DNA from: Octopus vulgaris
Lineage: Eukaryota
Reading direction: 5' to 3'
Assembly (NCBI GenBank): GCA_951406725.2
Contig: OX597838.1
Span: forward strand, 3,720,001-3,784,000
DNA: 64,000 nt
The notes under the pieces were generated by a model, which worked only from the letters and a program-made list of their open reading frames with translations, was not told the DNA's origin and searched no databases. A program made the translations under genes and the position numbers. This document shows, piece by piece, positions 39,757-54,905 of the stretch (positions are counted from its first letter, which is position 1; every line of letters begins with the position of its first letter).

Positions 39757-39970
39757 TGGTAATAACGGAATTTTTTAGAAATTTCTGTCGGCTTCCTTCG
39801 AGTAACGAGCTTATTGCGATATGGTTATGGACAACGTGTCTAGTTTCGGCATATTTGGCATTAGAAATTTTTTTCTTTTGCCCTTGTTTATAAATTTAAC
39901 CTTTAATGGCATTTTGTAATATGCTGGCCATTGATAAAATTTTTTTCGAAAAATTCTATCCTATATTAGA

Positions 39971-40021
<51 letters not shown>

Positions 40022-40170
40022 GCATATATACATGTATATATATAGTAAATAGGGTAATAAAATAAATTCACTGGTAATAATAATTTATTTTATTACCCTA
40101 TTTAATATGTATATATATATATGCATATACATATGTGCATGTATATATGCAAGCAAATCCATGCACCCAT

Positions 40171-40218
<48 letters not shown>

Positions 40219-40234
40219 CCACCCGCACACATTC

Positions 40235-40270
<36 letters not shown>

Positions 40271-40879
40271 TGAGAGCTGGGTGAGAAAGAGCAGCAGAAA
40301 AGCACGAAAGTTTCTCGTTGCTGGTTGAGCCGTGAAATTCCTGTCACGCAAGAATTTCACTGGAATTTACATTGGCTCCTGTTGTGAACGTTTCAATCGA
40401 ATGGCTTTTTAAAGCAGCAACAGCAACAACAACAACGACAACAACAACAACGATAACAACGACAACAGCTGCAGCAACAACAGGAGATGCAGCAACAAGA
40501 CGAGAACAACAGCAACAATAACAACAACGGTATAATGGCGACGGGATTAACAAGAATGATGGCGTAAACAATAAAAGCAGTGGTTATAACACCACCACCA
40601 CCACCACTACCACCACCACCACCACTACCACCACCACCACTACCACCACCACCACTACCACCACCACCACCGCCACCAACACCACCACTATCACTACCAC
40701 TCCGAATCGCCAGCAACCACCATCATAACAACCATGACCATCACCACCACTATTACCACTACCACCACCACCTCCAGCACAACTACCACCTCATATATGC
40801 ACTCAACACCACTACAATCACAACCATCACTAAGACCACCACCACCACCACAACTGCCATGACCACCACCATCAAATTT

Positions 40880-41440
40880 TGGTATAGCCCCAACGATTTC
40901 GAAAGAGTAAGTCAACTTGGTCGACTCCAGCGTTGGACTGGTAATTATTTTATGGGCCCCGAAAAAAATGAAAAACTAAGTCGATCTCGGTGGTGTTTGA
41001 ACGCGGGACTTAAGCCGGAAGAAATACATATTTCTTTACTACCCACAAGGGGCTGAACACAGAGGGGACAAACAAGGACAGACAAACGGATTAAGTCGAT
41101 TATATTAACCCCAGTGCGTAACTGGTACTTATTTAATCGACCCCGAAAGGATGAAAAGCAAAGTCGACCTCAGCGGAATTTGAACTCAGAACGTGAAGAC
41201 GGACGAAACACCGTCAAACATTTCGCCCGGCACGGTAACAATTCTACCTGGTCGCCGCCTTCTTACCTGTCGGTAATATTAACAAATGCGGTGACATGTA
41301 CAAATGCAACGAACAGTTAGCATGCCGGACCAAATACTTTGCGGCATTTCATTCGTTTTTTCCTTCGTCAATCGCTACGTTCTGAGTTCAAATTCCGCCG
41401 AGGTCGACTTTACTTTTCATCCATTCGGGGTCAATAAAAT
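40880..41440. mobile_element. cluster of family B SINE copies (two minus, one plus)
   Basis: 41025-41260 is a reverse-complement full copy; 41316-41440 is a forward copy; 40880-41020 is decayed. Confidence 0.85.
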
Positions 41441-41827
41441 ACACACGAACCGGAAATCCCTGACCTTGAACCAAGATTTGCAAGCAACATTACCATGTAT
41501 ACTTTAATACCATATACCTGTTATCTAATCCCAGAAATTACTAGATTTTTTTTTCTTTTTCTGTGCCGTCTTCCCTAAAGACATTCAAAGAAATGGTTTT
41601 GGGAATATTTGAATATATTCGTCAGCAGCATATTCCAAATTTCCATTAACCGGATTATTATTTATTCTATGGAAAAGTTAAGTGCCGCACCGATACCACA
41701 AACTACTTCGAATATTTGACCAGTGGATTTTCCTAATCGGATTAATTTCTCACAGGGAAAGCGAAAGAGAACGATACTAACAATTTTAACGTTACATACG
41801 CTTTACTTTCATTGTTTGGTGAGCTAA

Positions 41828-42146
41828 GGGGGCGCGTTGGTAGAATCATTGGAGCGTCAGAAAAAAGGTTTTGCCATAAAAGTTCCGGTTCTCTATTTTC
41901 TGAGTTCAAATCCCGCCGGGGTCGACTTTGTCTTTTGAGCGATAATAAAGTAAAGTACCAGGAGTGACTGTGTAGTACGTAGCTTGCTTACGAACCGCAT
42001 GGTTCCGGGTTCAGTCCCACTGCGTGACACCTTGGACAAGTGTCTTCTACTATAGCCTCGGGCCGACCAAAGCCTTGTGAGTGGATTTGGTAGACGGAAA
42101 CTGAAAGAAGCCCTACGTATATATGTATATGTATATATATATATGT

Positions 42147-42183
<37 letters not shown>

Positions 42184-42205
42184 TGTCCCCCCCCAACATC
42201 GCTTC
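41828..42205 (+). mobile_element. family B fragment fused to a family A 5' half
   Basis: ttctgagttcaaatcccgccggggtcgacttt followed directly by caggagtgactgtg...gaagccctacgtat. Confidence 0.82.
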
Positions 42206-42585
42206 TCCACCGACGGAGAACCACCATTTAATAAGATTCTGAAATTTGAAAAACCTAGATTCTTCATGTTAGTATAACATTTTCCAGATTATTCTTTTTT
42301 CTCTCTTTCCGCCAATGGGTTTCCAAAGAACCGTCATAACACTTGTCACCCCTACAGCACATAGATTGATCCATGAATGGGAACGCTATTATATAATCAA
42401 ATATGTGAAGGGGAATGTGTTTCTATTATTCACCATGGGGGAGCAAGTGTCACAGGGAAAAATGCCTCTGGCTGCAACTCTAATTATTTCAAACGTTGTT
42501 TAGTTTTTATTTCTTTCTTTTATTTTATTAATATATATTTCATATAATTTAAGTTTGTTGTACAGTAAATATATCTGTACGTATC

Positions 42586-42693
<108 letters not shown>

Positions 42694-42766
42694 TATATAT
42701 GTATGTATGTGTGTGTATATATGTACATGTATATACATGTATATATATGTACATGCATATATGCAC

Positions 42767-42809
<43 letters not shown>

Positions 42810-42816
42810 TAATTAT

Positions 42817-42855
<39 letters not shown>

Positions 42856-44892
42856 CTATATAAATATATGCATATATACATACATATGTGTACATACCTA
42901 TATATATATGTATATATACATGCGTATATGGGTACAGAACATCGAAAAAGCGTTGATATATATACATATATATATATATGTATGCAAGTATGTATGCACA
43001 TACATATGTATACACACACACACACGCACATACATCACTCACTCACACACACACACACACACACGCACATACATCACTCACTCACACACATACAGGTACA
43101 CACATATGCTCGCGCATGCACTCTTGTTCTCGTCAATGCAATACAGATTCTTTTAAAAATAAAAACGATATGTCGAGGGAAGAATGTATAATTAGACAAC
43201 AAGCGTAGATGACAGATTCTAGCATCAGTACAAGATGTCTGTAAATAACTGTTGTTGTAAATTCGCTATTTAAGTAATTAACCGAGAAACATTGCCGAAA
43301 TGAAAAGTAAGATTTGGTTTAAAGAAAAAAGATACCGGAAAATGGCGGATAAAAAGTAAGCAAGAAAATGAAAACGAGGTAAGAATGAAAAGGAGGCTTG
43401 GTATGTTTAGGTAGAGCTAAAGGCATCACGTTTTGATACAATACAATGAAGGAAGAGAAGTTGGATGTCAGACCAATTAGGTATAAATAGTCCCCTTGGC
43501 TATACACTCTCCCCCACATACACACATGTGCACGCATCGCACACACATACACATGTGCGTACATACATACATACATACATATATACATATATATATACAC
43601 ACCCAAACACATATACATATATATGTATGCATATAGATAGATAGATAAGAGTCAAGATACTTAAAACATATACAGACCCATGCATGCATACACACACATA
43701 AATACACATAACATGCACATACATACGTACACATATACAAACACACTGACACACTGACACAGACACACAAATATATTTATACCAAGGCGCACACATACAT
43801 ACATACATGCATAGATACATATACATATTGCTTACATACATATATACATGCATACTTACATTCATATATACATACATTCATACTAGCATACATACATACA
43901 TACGTACATACTTGCATACATACACACACATACATAAATTCATACGAGCATACATACATAGATAGATGCATATTTGCATACATACATACATACATAAATA
44001 CATGCATACATACATACATACATACATACATACATACATACATACATAAATACATACATACATACATACATACATACATACATACATACATACATGCATA
44101 CATACATAAATACATACATACATACATATATACATACATATATACATACATATATGCAGGTGGTTGATTTACTGTGATAACAGTAAGCAGAGAAACGAGA
44201 AAACCGATAAACCGGTGCTCATAAAGTAAAAAGTAAAAAAACGAAAAAAAAAAATATCATGTTGCATTTGTTCCGCCCGAGTTACTTTCCGACCGACACT
44301 CCATCGCCACTGCGACCATTCTAAAATGTAGTGAACCACTGAAAGATCGGTCTGCTGGAAATCTATAAGCAACAACCAAACACATCTGCACCAATCGAGA
44401 TATAAAATTTTTTCAAAAAATGAATAACTGAGCTCTGGGATTGATCTGAGGACCCCCACCACTTCCTTCGCTCGCCTCATCGAGGTATCAAGTGATGCTC
44501 GTGAACGCCTCAGCCTCGCTATCGCCTTAGCCTCGCTATCGCCTGTGGTAATGCTTGGACCGTGCTAGGAGGTGTCAGTAGGTTTCGTTAAACCTCGTGG
44601 TGTGCGATGGTTTCAATACAGTTTTAACAGAAAGATTTGGAAGAATTAAATGAAACTTCTCCAGTAATTTCCTTTCATGTAAATAAATTTAAAATCTTTA
44701 CAGTGACATTTTCATATGACACTGCAAATTGTTGTTGACAAAATACGGCAGATATTGTATTCACCTCAATACACGTCAGTGATTGGTTGAAATTGCGAAA
44801 TGCAATAAATTAAACAAAAAATTAGCTTACAAACTACAGAATTTTCTCGAGAAAGCCAAGAGAAAAAGATGCTTTATAAACACATTCTACCA

Positions 44893-44964
<72 letters not shown>

Positions 44965-44966
44965 AA

Positions 44967-45119
44967 GGCGCAGGAGTGGAAGTGTGGTGAGTAGCTTGCT
45001 TACCAGCCACATGGTTCCGGGTTCAGTCTCACTGCGTGGCACCGTGGGCAGGTGTCTTCTGCTATAGCCTCGGGCCGAGTTGATTTAGTAGACGGAAACT
45101 GAAAGAAGCCCGTCATATA

Positions 45120-45187
<68 letters not shown>

Positions 45188-45353
45188 TATGTATGTGTGT
45201 GTATATGTTTGTGTGTCTGTGTTCGGCAAAAGAGACCGATATAAATAAGTACTAGGCTTACAAAGAATAAGTCCTGGGGGCGATTTGTTCGACTAAAGGT
45301 GGTGGTCCAGCATGGCCGCAGTCAAATGACTGAAACAAGTAAAAGAGTAAAAA

Positions 45354-45355
<2 letters not shown>
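44967..45355 (+). mobile_element. tRNA-SINE family A
   Basis: Head and tail present, with small internal deletions. Confidence 0.9.
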
Positions 45356-45445
<90 letters not shown>

Positions 45446-45498
45446 CAGAATAAGATAAAAATCCAAAGCCGTGAAAGATTTCAGAACATTTATAAAGA

Positions 45499-45550
45499 GG
45501 TCTTACAGCTGTTTCTGGGATATTTTATAAATCCCTTCATCGGAGACGGT
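45499..45550 (-). ncRNA. minimal hammerhead motif (CCGAUGA core variant)
   Basis: Minus strand GUCU-CCGAUGA-AGGGAU(uuauaaaau)AUCCCA-GAAAC-AGCU-GUA-AGAC; stem III is the palindrome ACAGCUGU. Confidence 0.6.
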
Positions 45551-46060
45551 GCGAGAAGATGGTCAAGCGATAGTTATTCTAGAGAAGATATGCTATTCTT
45601 TAGAATAACTATTGCATGACTACATTATCCATTTAACATCCCTCCCTCCTCATCCGGATATCCACCTCACGCACATCACAGAAAACAACACACGTCCTGT
45701 ATTTTTATATGTGGATACTTGAAACCGCTGCACAAACAATGGTTTTATTATTTTATCAATTGCTGTTATCGTTTAAGTAATTTCATTGACAGGAAACTGT
45801 AAGAATTAATATTGTTATTTTTCGGGACAGTCATTTTTTACCCCAAATAAACACACGCACTGTATATTAGTTCTTTCGTTGCGTAACTCCTTCAGCGACG
45901 CTTTCTGTTGTTGTGTAAAGTGTTGTTGAAGAGTTCACAGATGTTAAAAGAATTTTAATACGTTTACAAGCACTATGACTATGAAAGTACATATTGCGCA
46001 ATAACTCTGCTACTCGCATGAACTTATATCCATTAGTGGTGTGATACTTGAAGCGCTTAA

Positions 46061-46289
46061 GGCGGCGAGCTGGCAGAAACGTTAGCACGCCGGGCGAAAT
46101 GCTTAGCGGTATTTCGTCTGCCGCTACGTTCTGAGTTCAAATTCCCCCGAGGTCGACTTTGCCTTTCATCCTTTCGGGGTCGATTAAATAAGTACAATTT
46201 ACACACTGGGGTCGATGTAATCGATTAAATCACTTTGTCTGTCCTTGTTCGTCCTCTCTGTGTTTAGCCCCTTGTGGGTAGTAAAGAAA
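46061..46289 (+). mobile_element. tRNA-SINE family B, full length
   Basis: Head, Meta-like core and tail gtttagccccttgtgggtagtaaagaaa. Confidence 0.92.
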
Positions 46290-46291
46290 CA

Positions 46292-47900
46292 GCGGGCAGT
46301 AGCTACACCATCACCATCATCATCGTCGTCGTTGTCATCATCGTCAACATCATCACCATCGTCCTCAGCAAGGTGTTATGGGTCAGGATCGAACCTTTCA
46401 ATGAACGATGGAGAGAGTCTGAGTAAATTGATTCTTCCTGGTCAATGCTCATAGGTTACAGGCAATGACAAAGATAAATATGAGTTTATCAGTAATCAAA
46501 TTCAAAGTAAATAGAAAATGGAGAAATATTGATCAACAACATTTAACTAACATTAAGTATTATTTTTTAATACAAATAGACTAACAGCTGTTTCTACTTC
46601 CAATGTCCTACGGTATTGCCATTGAACATTCTGAAAATAATATTCATCATATTTGGTAATACATCCGATCTGGAACATGGAGCTTCATCAGGGAGAATAA
46701 TAATACTTACATAAGAGAAAAGAAAAGGAAAAAAAGAAGAACCTCGAGAAGAAGATGAAAGCTTGATATATTCAAATCATACAATTTTGGGTATGTGTCG
46801 CCTCGGGATGTTGAGTAAGTGACTGAACTTAAAATAGTAATTGGTGGGTTAATTTTTCTATGGGGGCAACAGGGTGAATAAGTGATAAAAAAAAGTCGAC
46901 CACACCCAAATCCCTTCGCAAGGCACTGGCCGACCAGGAGCTATCGTACAAGACACTTGCCCAAGATACTGCGCAGTGGGACTGAACCCAAGACCATATG
47001 GTTGAGAAGCTAGCCTTCTCAACCACACAGCCACGGCCGCTCCTATAAAACATAGCTTTACGTATGCACATAACAATGCGTATAAGTGGAATGCATGCCA
47101 TAACTAAATGTAATGTGTGTAATAATAGAGGAAGGAGGAATGGTGGAGCACTCGTGACCAACCATTTTTCTGAGAACCATCCTGGAAAATTCCTTACATC
47201 AGAGAACAGTGACCTTCCGTTCGCGAATGATCTGCAGATATATTTTGAGCTAAATCTCAAGTACCAGTTATTACTTGGGATGGACAGTCAGTCATGACAG
47301 GAAGGAGGAAAGTGGAGAAAGGCGTTTCTGGTGGAAAAGAGAGAGAATGGAGAAAGAAAGAGGAAAGAGAGAGAACGAAGAGAGAAAGAAAGAGAAAGAG
47401 ACAGAGAGAGTAAGAGAATAAAGGAGAGAGACAGAGAGAGGAAAATGTATAGAAGATGGTCACATATGCATCTATATATATATATATATGCACTTATGGA
47501 TGTATATACGTGCATGTAATCATGTATGTATGCATGTATGTATATATGATGTTCTTTCTAATTTTGGAACAAAGTCAGCAGGTTTGAGGAGAGGAGAATT
47601 TGAACTCAGAACGTAGCAGCAGACAAAATACCGCAAAGCATTTCGCCCGACGTGCTAACGTCTCTGCCAGCTCGCCGCCTTCGTTTGTTATTATTGAGTG
47701 CCATCCATCATTGGTGAATATAGCTTTGACCAGGAAGAATCGATCATTGGAGAGTTCGATCCTGACCCATAATACCTTGCTGAAGACGATGGTGATGATG
47801 TTGATGACGATGACAACGACGACGACGATGATGATGACGACGACGACGAGACGACGATGACGATGATGATGATGATGGTGATGGTGTAGCTGCTGCCCGC
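46292..47900. repeat. inverted duplication (46292-46450 vs 47722-47900)
   Basis: gcgggcag.agctacaccatcacc...cagcaaggt.ttatgggtcaggatcgaac...gattcttcctggtcaa is present on opposite strands. Confidence 0.9.
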
Positions 47901-47954
47901 AGAAGCTGTGCTATTGCAGCTAATGATAATGATGATGATGATGATGATGATGAA

Positions 47955-47990
<36 letters not shown>

Positions 47991-48278
47991 GATGATCATG
48001 ATCATGATAATGATGATGACGATGATGATGACGATGATGATGACGATGATGATCATGATGATGATGATGATGACGATGATGATCATGATGATGATGATGA
48101 TTATGATGATGATCATGATGATGATGATGACGATGATGATGATGACGACAACGACGGCGATAACGATTTCTCATTTCTCACATTGGCACAGAGCCACGAA
48201 TGTACTTATACAAGTTGAATTCAGAAAAAAATGTAACAAAATTATTTCCACGCATGCACGCACACGCACACACACACA

Positions 48279-48322
<44 letters not shown>

Positions 48323-48664
48323 TGCACTCAGTCACAGACATTCTCGCAGACTCACGCATTACGTATAAACCTACGTGGTTTCCATTGTTGAACAAAGATT
48401 ATCATAAAAAATTAACGCAAACAGCAAAAAAAAAAAATGAATATATTAGCACAAAATAAGTAATAAATGAATAATTGAACAATAATATGTATCCCTCTAG
48501 AAGGCCCTTCGAGCGACAATCTACTTAATTAATCAATTGAAAGCCCTACTAATTACATTCGGATACCTGCTTACAATGGCCCCATATATATATATATCGT
48601 TCTTTCCCTTTCCTTCTAACTTCAAGGCGAATTCGCCAGGGAAGACAACCCCCTACCTCGCTGA

Positions 48665-49645
<981 letters not shown>

Positions 49646-49867
49646 GAAAGCAATAAAGCAAGTGCAAAAACAACAACAACAACAATAACAATGGTTTCAA
49701 GTTTTGGCTGCAGCCCAGAAAGTTTGGGGTAAGGTTTCGGTGAATTACATCGACCCCAGTTCTTGACCCGTACTTAATTCACCGAAGGCTAAAAGGATGG
49801 AGGGCAAAGTCTCGACGTTAGCGGAATTTGAACTCAGAACAGAAAGACACACGAAGTGAAGCAAAGT

Positions 49868-49913
<46 letters not shown>

Positions 49914-49986
49914 TAAAACGGTAAGATAACAAAAGAAAGAAAGAGACCTCAATATTTATCTTGACTATCGAGTAATGTAACATATT

Positions 49987-50034
<48 letters not shown>

Positions 50035-50137
50035 TATGTATATATATATATGCATATGTATATATATATATGTATATATATATGTATGTATATATATATT
50101 ATATAAATATATATATGCATATGTATATATATATATG

Positions 50138-50172
<35 letters not shown>

Positions 50173-50195
50173 ATTAAGGGTTTAAGTAATACTAA

Positions 50196-50300
<105 letters not shown>

Positions 50301-50303
50301 TAC

Positions 50304-50340
<37 letters not shown>

Positions 50341-50374
50341 TATGTATATATATATATGTTTGTATATATATATA

Positions 50375-50431
<57 letters not shown>

Positions 50432-50654
50432 ATAAGATAAAAGAAAGGAAAAACAATTCCTTCAAAGGGATGTAAAATATTCAGTTCACAGGTGGCAGCA
50501 GTTGAATACCACAGAGAAAAGTGGGGAATAATTACAAATACTAATATTAAATGAATTAGAGAAACACAACTGATAAACTAATAATTTATTTACATTATAA
50601 TATAATATAAAAAAATATAATATAACAGCAAAATTTAAAAACAAAGCACATATA

Positions 50655-51072
50655 GGCGCAGGAGTGGCTGTGTGGTAAGTAGATTGCTAACCAACCACAT
50701 GGTTCCGGGTTCAGTCCCACTGCGGGGCACCTTGGGCGAGTGTCTTCTGCTATAGCCCTGGGCCGACCAATGCCTTGTGAGTGGATTTGGTAGACGGAAA
50801 CTGAAAGAAGCCTGTCGTATATATGTATATATATATACGTATGTGTGTTTGTTTGTGTGTCTGTGTTTGTCCGCCTAGCATTGCTTGACAACCGATGCTG
50901 GTGTGTTTATGTCCCTGTTACTTAGCGGTTCGGCAAAAGAGGCCGATAGAATAAGTACTGGGCTTACAAAAAGAATGAGTTCCGGGGTCGATTTGCTCGA
51001 TTAAAGGCGGTGCTCCAGCATGGCCGCAGTCAAATGACTGAAACAAGTAAAAGAGTAAAAGAGTAAAGAGTA
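50655..51072 (+). mobile_element. tRNA-SINE family A, full length, young
   Basis: Complete copy with (gtaaaaga)n tail; highly similar to 61838-62252(-). Confidence 0.93.
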
Positions 51073-51329
51073 AATAGAGCCAAAAATTTGCTTCGACCTT
51101 ATATAGATTAGTTGATTTATAGAAACTTCTATCTATGTATACAAGTCTCTTCGGGGCCTTGGTTCAAAAGACAGGCGAAATTCTATGTAAATGAGAGCCG
51201 AATTGCAAATATATACTGGTTCAAAATCGTACCTATGTTTAGCAGCGTGAGCGTTAGAATTCAAATAATTCATCATTGCTACTTTATACGATTTAGAATA
51301 ACTAAGTATTTGTATATGAATATATACTC

Positions 51330-51505
51330 CTTACTCTTTTACTTGTTTCAGTCATTTGACTGCGGCCATGCTGGAGCATCACCTTTAGTCGAGCAAATCG
51401 ACCCTAGGACTTATTTCTTGAAAGCCTTTGCCGAATCGCTAAGTTACGAGGACGTAAACACACCAGCATTGGTTGTCAATCAAGCGACTTCTTACCACAC
51501 AGCCA
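51330..51505 (-). mobile_element. tRNA-SINE family A, internally deleted
   Basis: Reverse complement of the tail plus a short head remnant. Confidence 0.8.
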
Positions 51506-51796
51506 AGCCTTCGACCGTTTTTGTTTTTGTTTTTGTCTTTTAGTTCCACATTTAGAACAGCGCAATTCCTTAGATTCTTTTTTCGCGTCGTTTCTACACC
51601 GCATTTTAAGAGGTGTCTGTCATCAGCGGAAGGAATATGGCTTGATAATGTGTTCTATGCTAATTGTTTTAGGGGTCTTGTGTAGTCAGTCGAAAGCAGA
51701 CGAAGGCTCCCGTCCTCACGGCTTTTCTACTGCTTTAATCTTGCGGAAGAAACATTCAGAATTTGACAGCTGGAGAGAGAGAGGGGGGGGAGAAAA

Positions 51797-51834
<38 letters not shown>

Positions 51835-52449
51835 GGGAACGGCCCCAGTCATGGACCTCTAATATTGTTATCATCACTGAAGTGATAAAGAATAAAGTTG
51901 GCGCGATTTGAGGGAAGGTGAGAGATGGAAAGAGAGAGCGAAAGAGCGAGAGAGAGAGAGACATGCAGAGAGACGAAGAGAGAGAAAGGGAAAGAGACAG
52001 ACAGTCGGACATAGAGAGCGAGAGGACGACGCAGAGAGAGCGAGAGAGAGACAGATAGACAGACAGGCAAAGACCCAGGGGTGACGCAGAGAGAGAGAGT
52101 TAGAGAGTTAGAGATAAAGATAGAGAGAGAGATGGAGAGAAAGAAACAGACAGACAGACAGACAGACAGAGTTAGAGACCGAAAGGATGACGCAAAGAGA
52201 AGGAAAGAGGGGGAAGAAAGGGAGCTGTACCAAGACCAAGCTGTACAACTTCTTTTAACTGAACAAACAGGAGCAACGTTAATAAAGTGCCTTTTTAAGG
52301 GACAGAAACTGTGGAACGGTCCGAGGGATTGAACCCACCATATCATGACCATGAACCAAACCGTCTTACCCACTAGACCACTCTATGTCGATAGCAGTAA
52401 CTGCACTAAAGTCATTCTTGAAATAGAGAATGAGGTCAGACGTCTCAGA

Positions 52450-52770
52450 TCATATCCGCCCGGACAAGAAGGTTCCAAAGTATTTTGATATGGTCATATC
52501 CGAATAAAAGTGGAGTTTTCCTATGACTGTCAGAGAGCGCTTGACCTCAGCGGCTCGGTTTACATAAAGTACCTTATTACGTGATTGTATTTGTCCTGAA
52601 TCACTCTTGGACATCCTGATCCAAAGAGGTGGGTTGCCTCGCGATGCACAACTCCACAAGAGACATTCGTGGCCTGTAGCGTCGGAGTGGATATTCCGTT
52701 TTAGAATATCCTGTTCCTTTATAGACACTGTTGCTTTTGTGGCATCACAGACACCAAACTTGTTCACCAA
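52450..52770 (-). pseudogene. possible decayed Tc1 transposase N-terminal HTH region
   Basis: Frameshifted pieces MVNKFGVCDATKATV.IKEQ..., NVSCGVVHR, GSGCPRVIQDKYNHVIRYF..TEPLRSS and TISKYF resemble the Tc1 paired-HTH/GRPR layout. Confidence 0.4.
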
Positions 52771-53074
52771 GGTCAGCGAAGTTCAACTCTCAAACGGCGG
52801 GAAATGGTTACTTGAATGTGGACGTGCAAAACGGACGTAAAACAAAAAAAAAAAAAAAAAATCTTTTTTTTTTGTCTTCGGAGTGATTTTTATTCTTACG
52901 AGGTACATTCCAGAGATTTTGAGATTTTTGATTGAGAAGGGAAAGTTATGTTTCACTTAGATTATTGTAATTTTACTATATCTATGAAAAATGTTTTGAA
53001 GCACCAAATGATGCCGTCCGCTGTTGTCGAATGAGACACCAACGGATAATATCCGCTGTTTAAAGGTTAAATTA

Positions 53075-53377
53075 TTGGTTGTCCGGAAAGTTCGTGCTGA
53101 TTTACAGTAGTTTACCTTTCGACTTATTTTAGAACATGCTTGAGTCCATAAAATAGGATTTCACTACACCTCCATTTAGTTTAAGCTATCTTTTCGTGGA
53201 AGAAGGTTTATGTTCCTATAACTTATGTTAATTCTGTAACCCTTTAAAATGGAAGAAAAGAAAGTTCATTTTCGGCACTTGATGCTTTGGGAACCAGACA
53301 AAAATTGCTGCAGCTCGGCTGGGATGAGTTACCCCACCCTCCATATTCACCAGATATTGCTCCTTCGAATTTCCACA
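53075..53377 (+). mobile_element. internally deleted mariner element
   Basis: TA + TIR ttggttgtccggaaagttc; MEEKKVHFRHLMLWE from 53249 is joined to RQKLLQLGWDELPHPPYSPDIAPSNFH (mariner YSPDLAP motif). Confidence 0.9.
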
Positions 53378-53665
53378 TGTACTGGGGGTCAATGCAATCG
53401 ACTAGCCTCCATCCATCCACCTAACCTGCCAGCCCTGTCAACAACAATCCTCTCAACCATAAGCACAAAGCCTGAAATTTCGGGGGAGGGGGTAGGTCGG
53501 TTACATCGACACCAGTGTCTCACTGGTACTTATTTCATCGACACCCGAAAGGATAAAAGGCAAAGTCGACCCCGACGGTATTTGAACTCAGAACGTGAAG
53601 ACGGACGAAATGAAGCTAAGCAATTTTGTCCGGAGCGTTGGCGATTCTGCCTGCTCGCTGCCTTG
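53378..53665. mobile_element. family B SINE fragments, tail to tail
   Basis: actgggggtc.atg.aatcgact forward, then a reverse copy ending gctcgctgcc. Confidence 0.78.
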
Positions 53666-54319
53666 AAATGATATCAGAATTACTGGGATAAAAGAAAGAA
53701 AAAAAAGAAGAAAAAAAGTTAAATTGCATTTTAAGTTTGGAATGTGGCCATAAAATAATTAATGTAACCTTGAAATTTCCCATTAAAGACACGAGGAAGT
53801 GTGGTGTGATGGTTTCTCATGGTAGTGGTGGTGGTGGTGGTGGTGGTGGAGTTAATGACGGCAACGGCGGTGTTGGTGGTTGTGGTGGTACTGATACTTG
53901 TAACAGTGGTAATGGTGGTGGTGGTGGTGGTGGTGATGATGGCAGTGTTGTTAATGGTGGTGTTGATGGTGATGGTAGTGGTGGTGTTGATGGTAGTGTT
54001 GTTAATGGTGGTGATGGATGGTGATGGTGGTGATGGTGGTATTGGAGGGCAGTGATGATAATGGTGAGGGTAGTGTAGGTGGTGGTGATGACAGTGATGG
54101 TGGCCGTGGTGGTGGTGGTGGTAGCAGTGGTGGTGATGGTGGTGATGGTCGTGGTGGTGGTGATGGTGGTGGTGGTGTTAATGGTGTTGTTCTGGTTGTT
54201 GTTGTTGTTGTTAATAGATTACTTCACCTTGTCCCTCGATCACTTCAGGCAATCTATTCCAAGTCGACAAAATTGAAAATTTTCACACAATTTCTTTTGT
54301 CCTTCAACATCAGCGAATC

Positions 54320-54536
54320 TCTCCCTCCTTCCCATCTTTCCTTCTTCCCACCCTCCATTCCTTCCTTCCTCCCACCCTCCCTTCCTTCCTTCCTTTCTTT
54401 CTTTCTTTCTTTGTTTCTTTCTTCTTTCCTTCCATTCTTTCTTTCTTTCTTTCTTTCTTTCCTTATTTCTTCCGTCCTTCCGTCCTTCCTCTCTGCCTTC
54501 CTTCCTTCCTTCCTTCCTTCCTTCCTTCCTTCCTTC

Positions 54537-54572
<36 letters not shown>

Positions 54573-54905
54573 TTTCCTTCCATTCTTTCTTTCTTTCTTT
54601 CTTTCTTCTTCATTTCTTTCTTTCCTTATTTCTTCCTTCCTTTCTTCCTTCCTTCCTGTATTATTTCTCTATTTCTTTGTTTTCATCCTCTCCTTTCTTT
54701 TCTCCTTCCTTCCTTTCTTCCTCCCCTCCTTCTTTCCTTCCTCTATTCTCTCTCTATTTCTCTCTTGTTTTTTTTTCTTTCTTCAATCTTTCCTTTCCTT
54801 CATTTAATCTTTCTTTCCTATTTTGTCTTTCTTTTTTCTTTCTTTTTCATTCATTCTCTTTTTCTATTTCTTACGTCTTTCTTATTTTCTTTCTTTCTTT
54901 CTTTC
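54320..54905. repeat. polypyrimidine (CTTC/CTTT)n tract
   Basis: ~580 bp nearly free of purines on the + strand. Confidence 0.9.

Noticed and set aside
52560-52680. Ig-domain-like peptide CASRGNPPLWIRM
   Set aside because: No second Cys/YxC strand or splice sites; other frames fit a decayed Tc1 N-terminus better.
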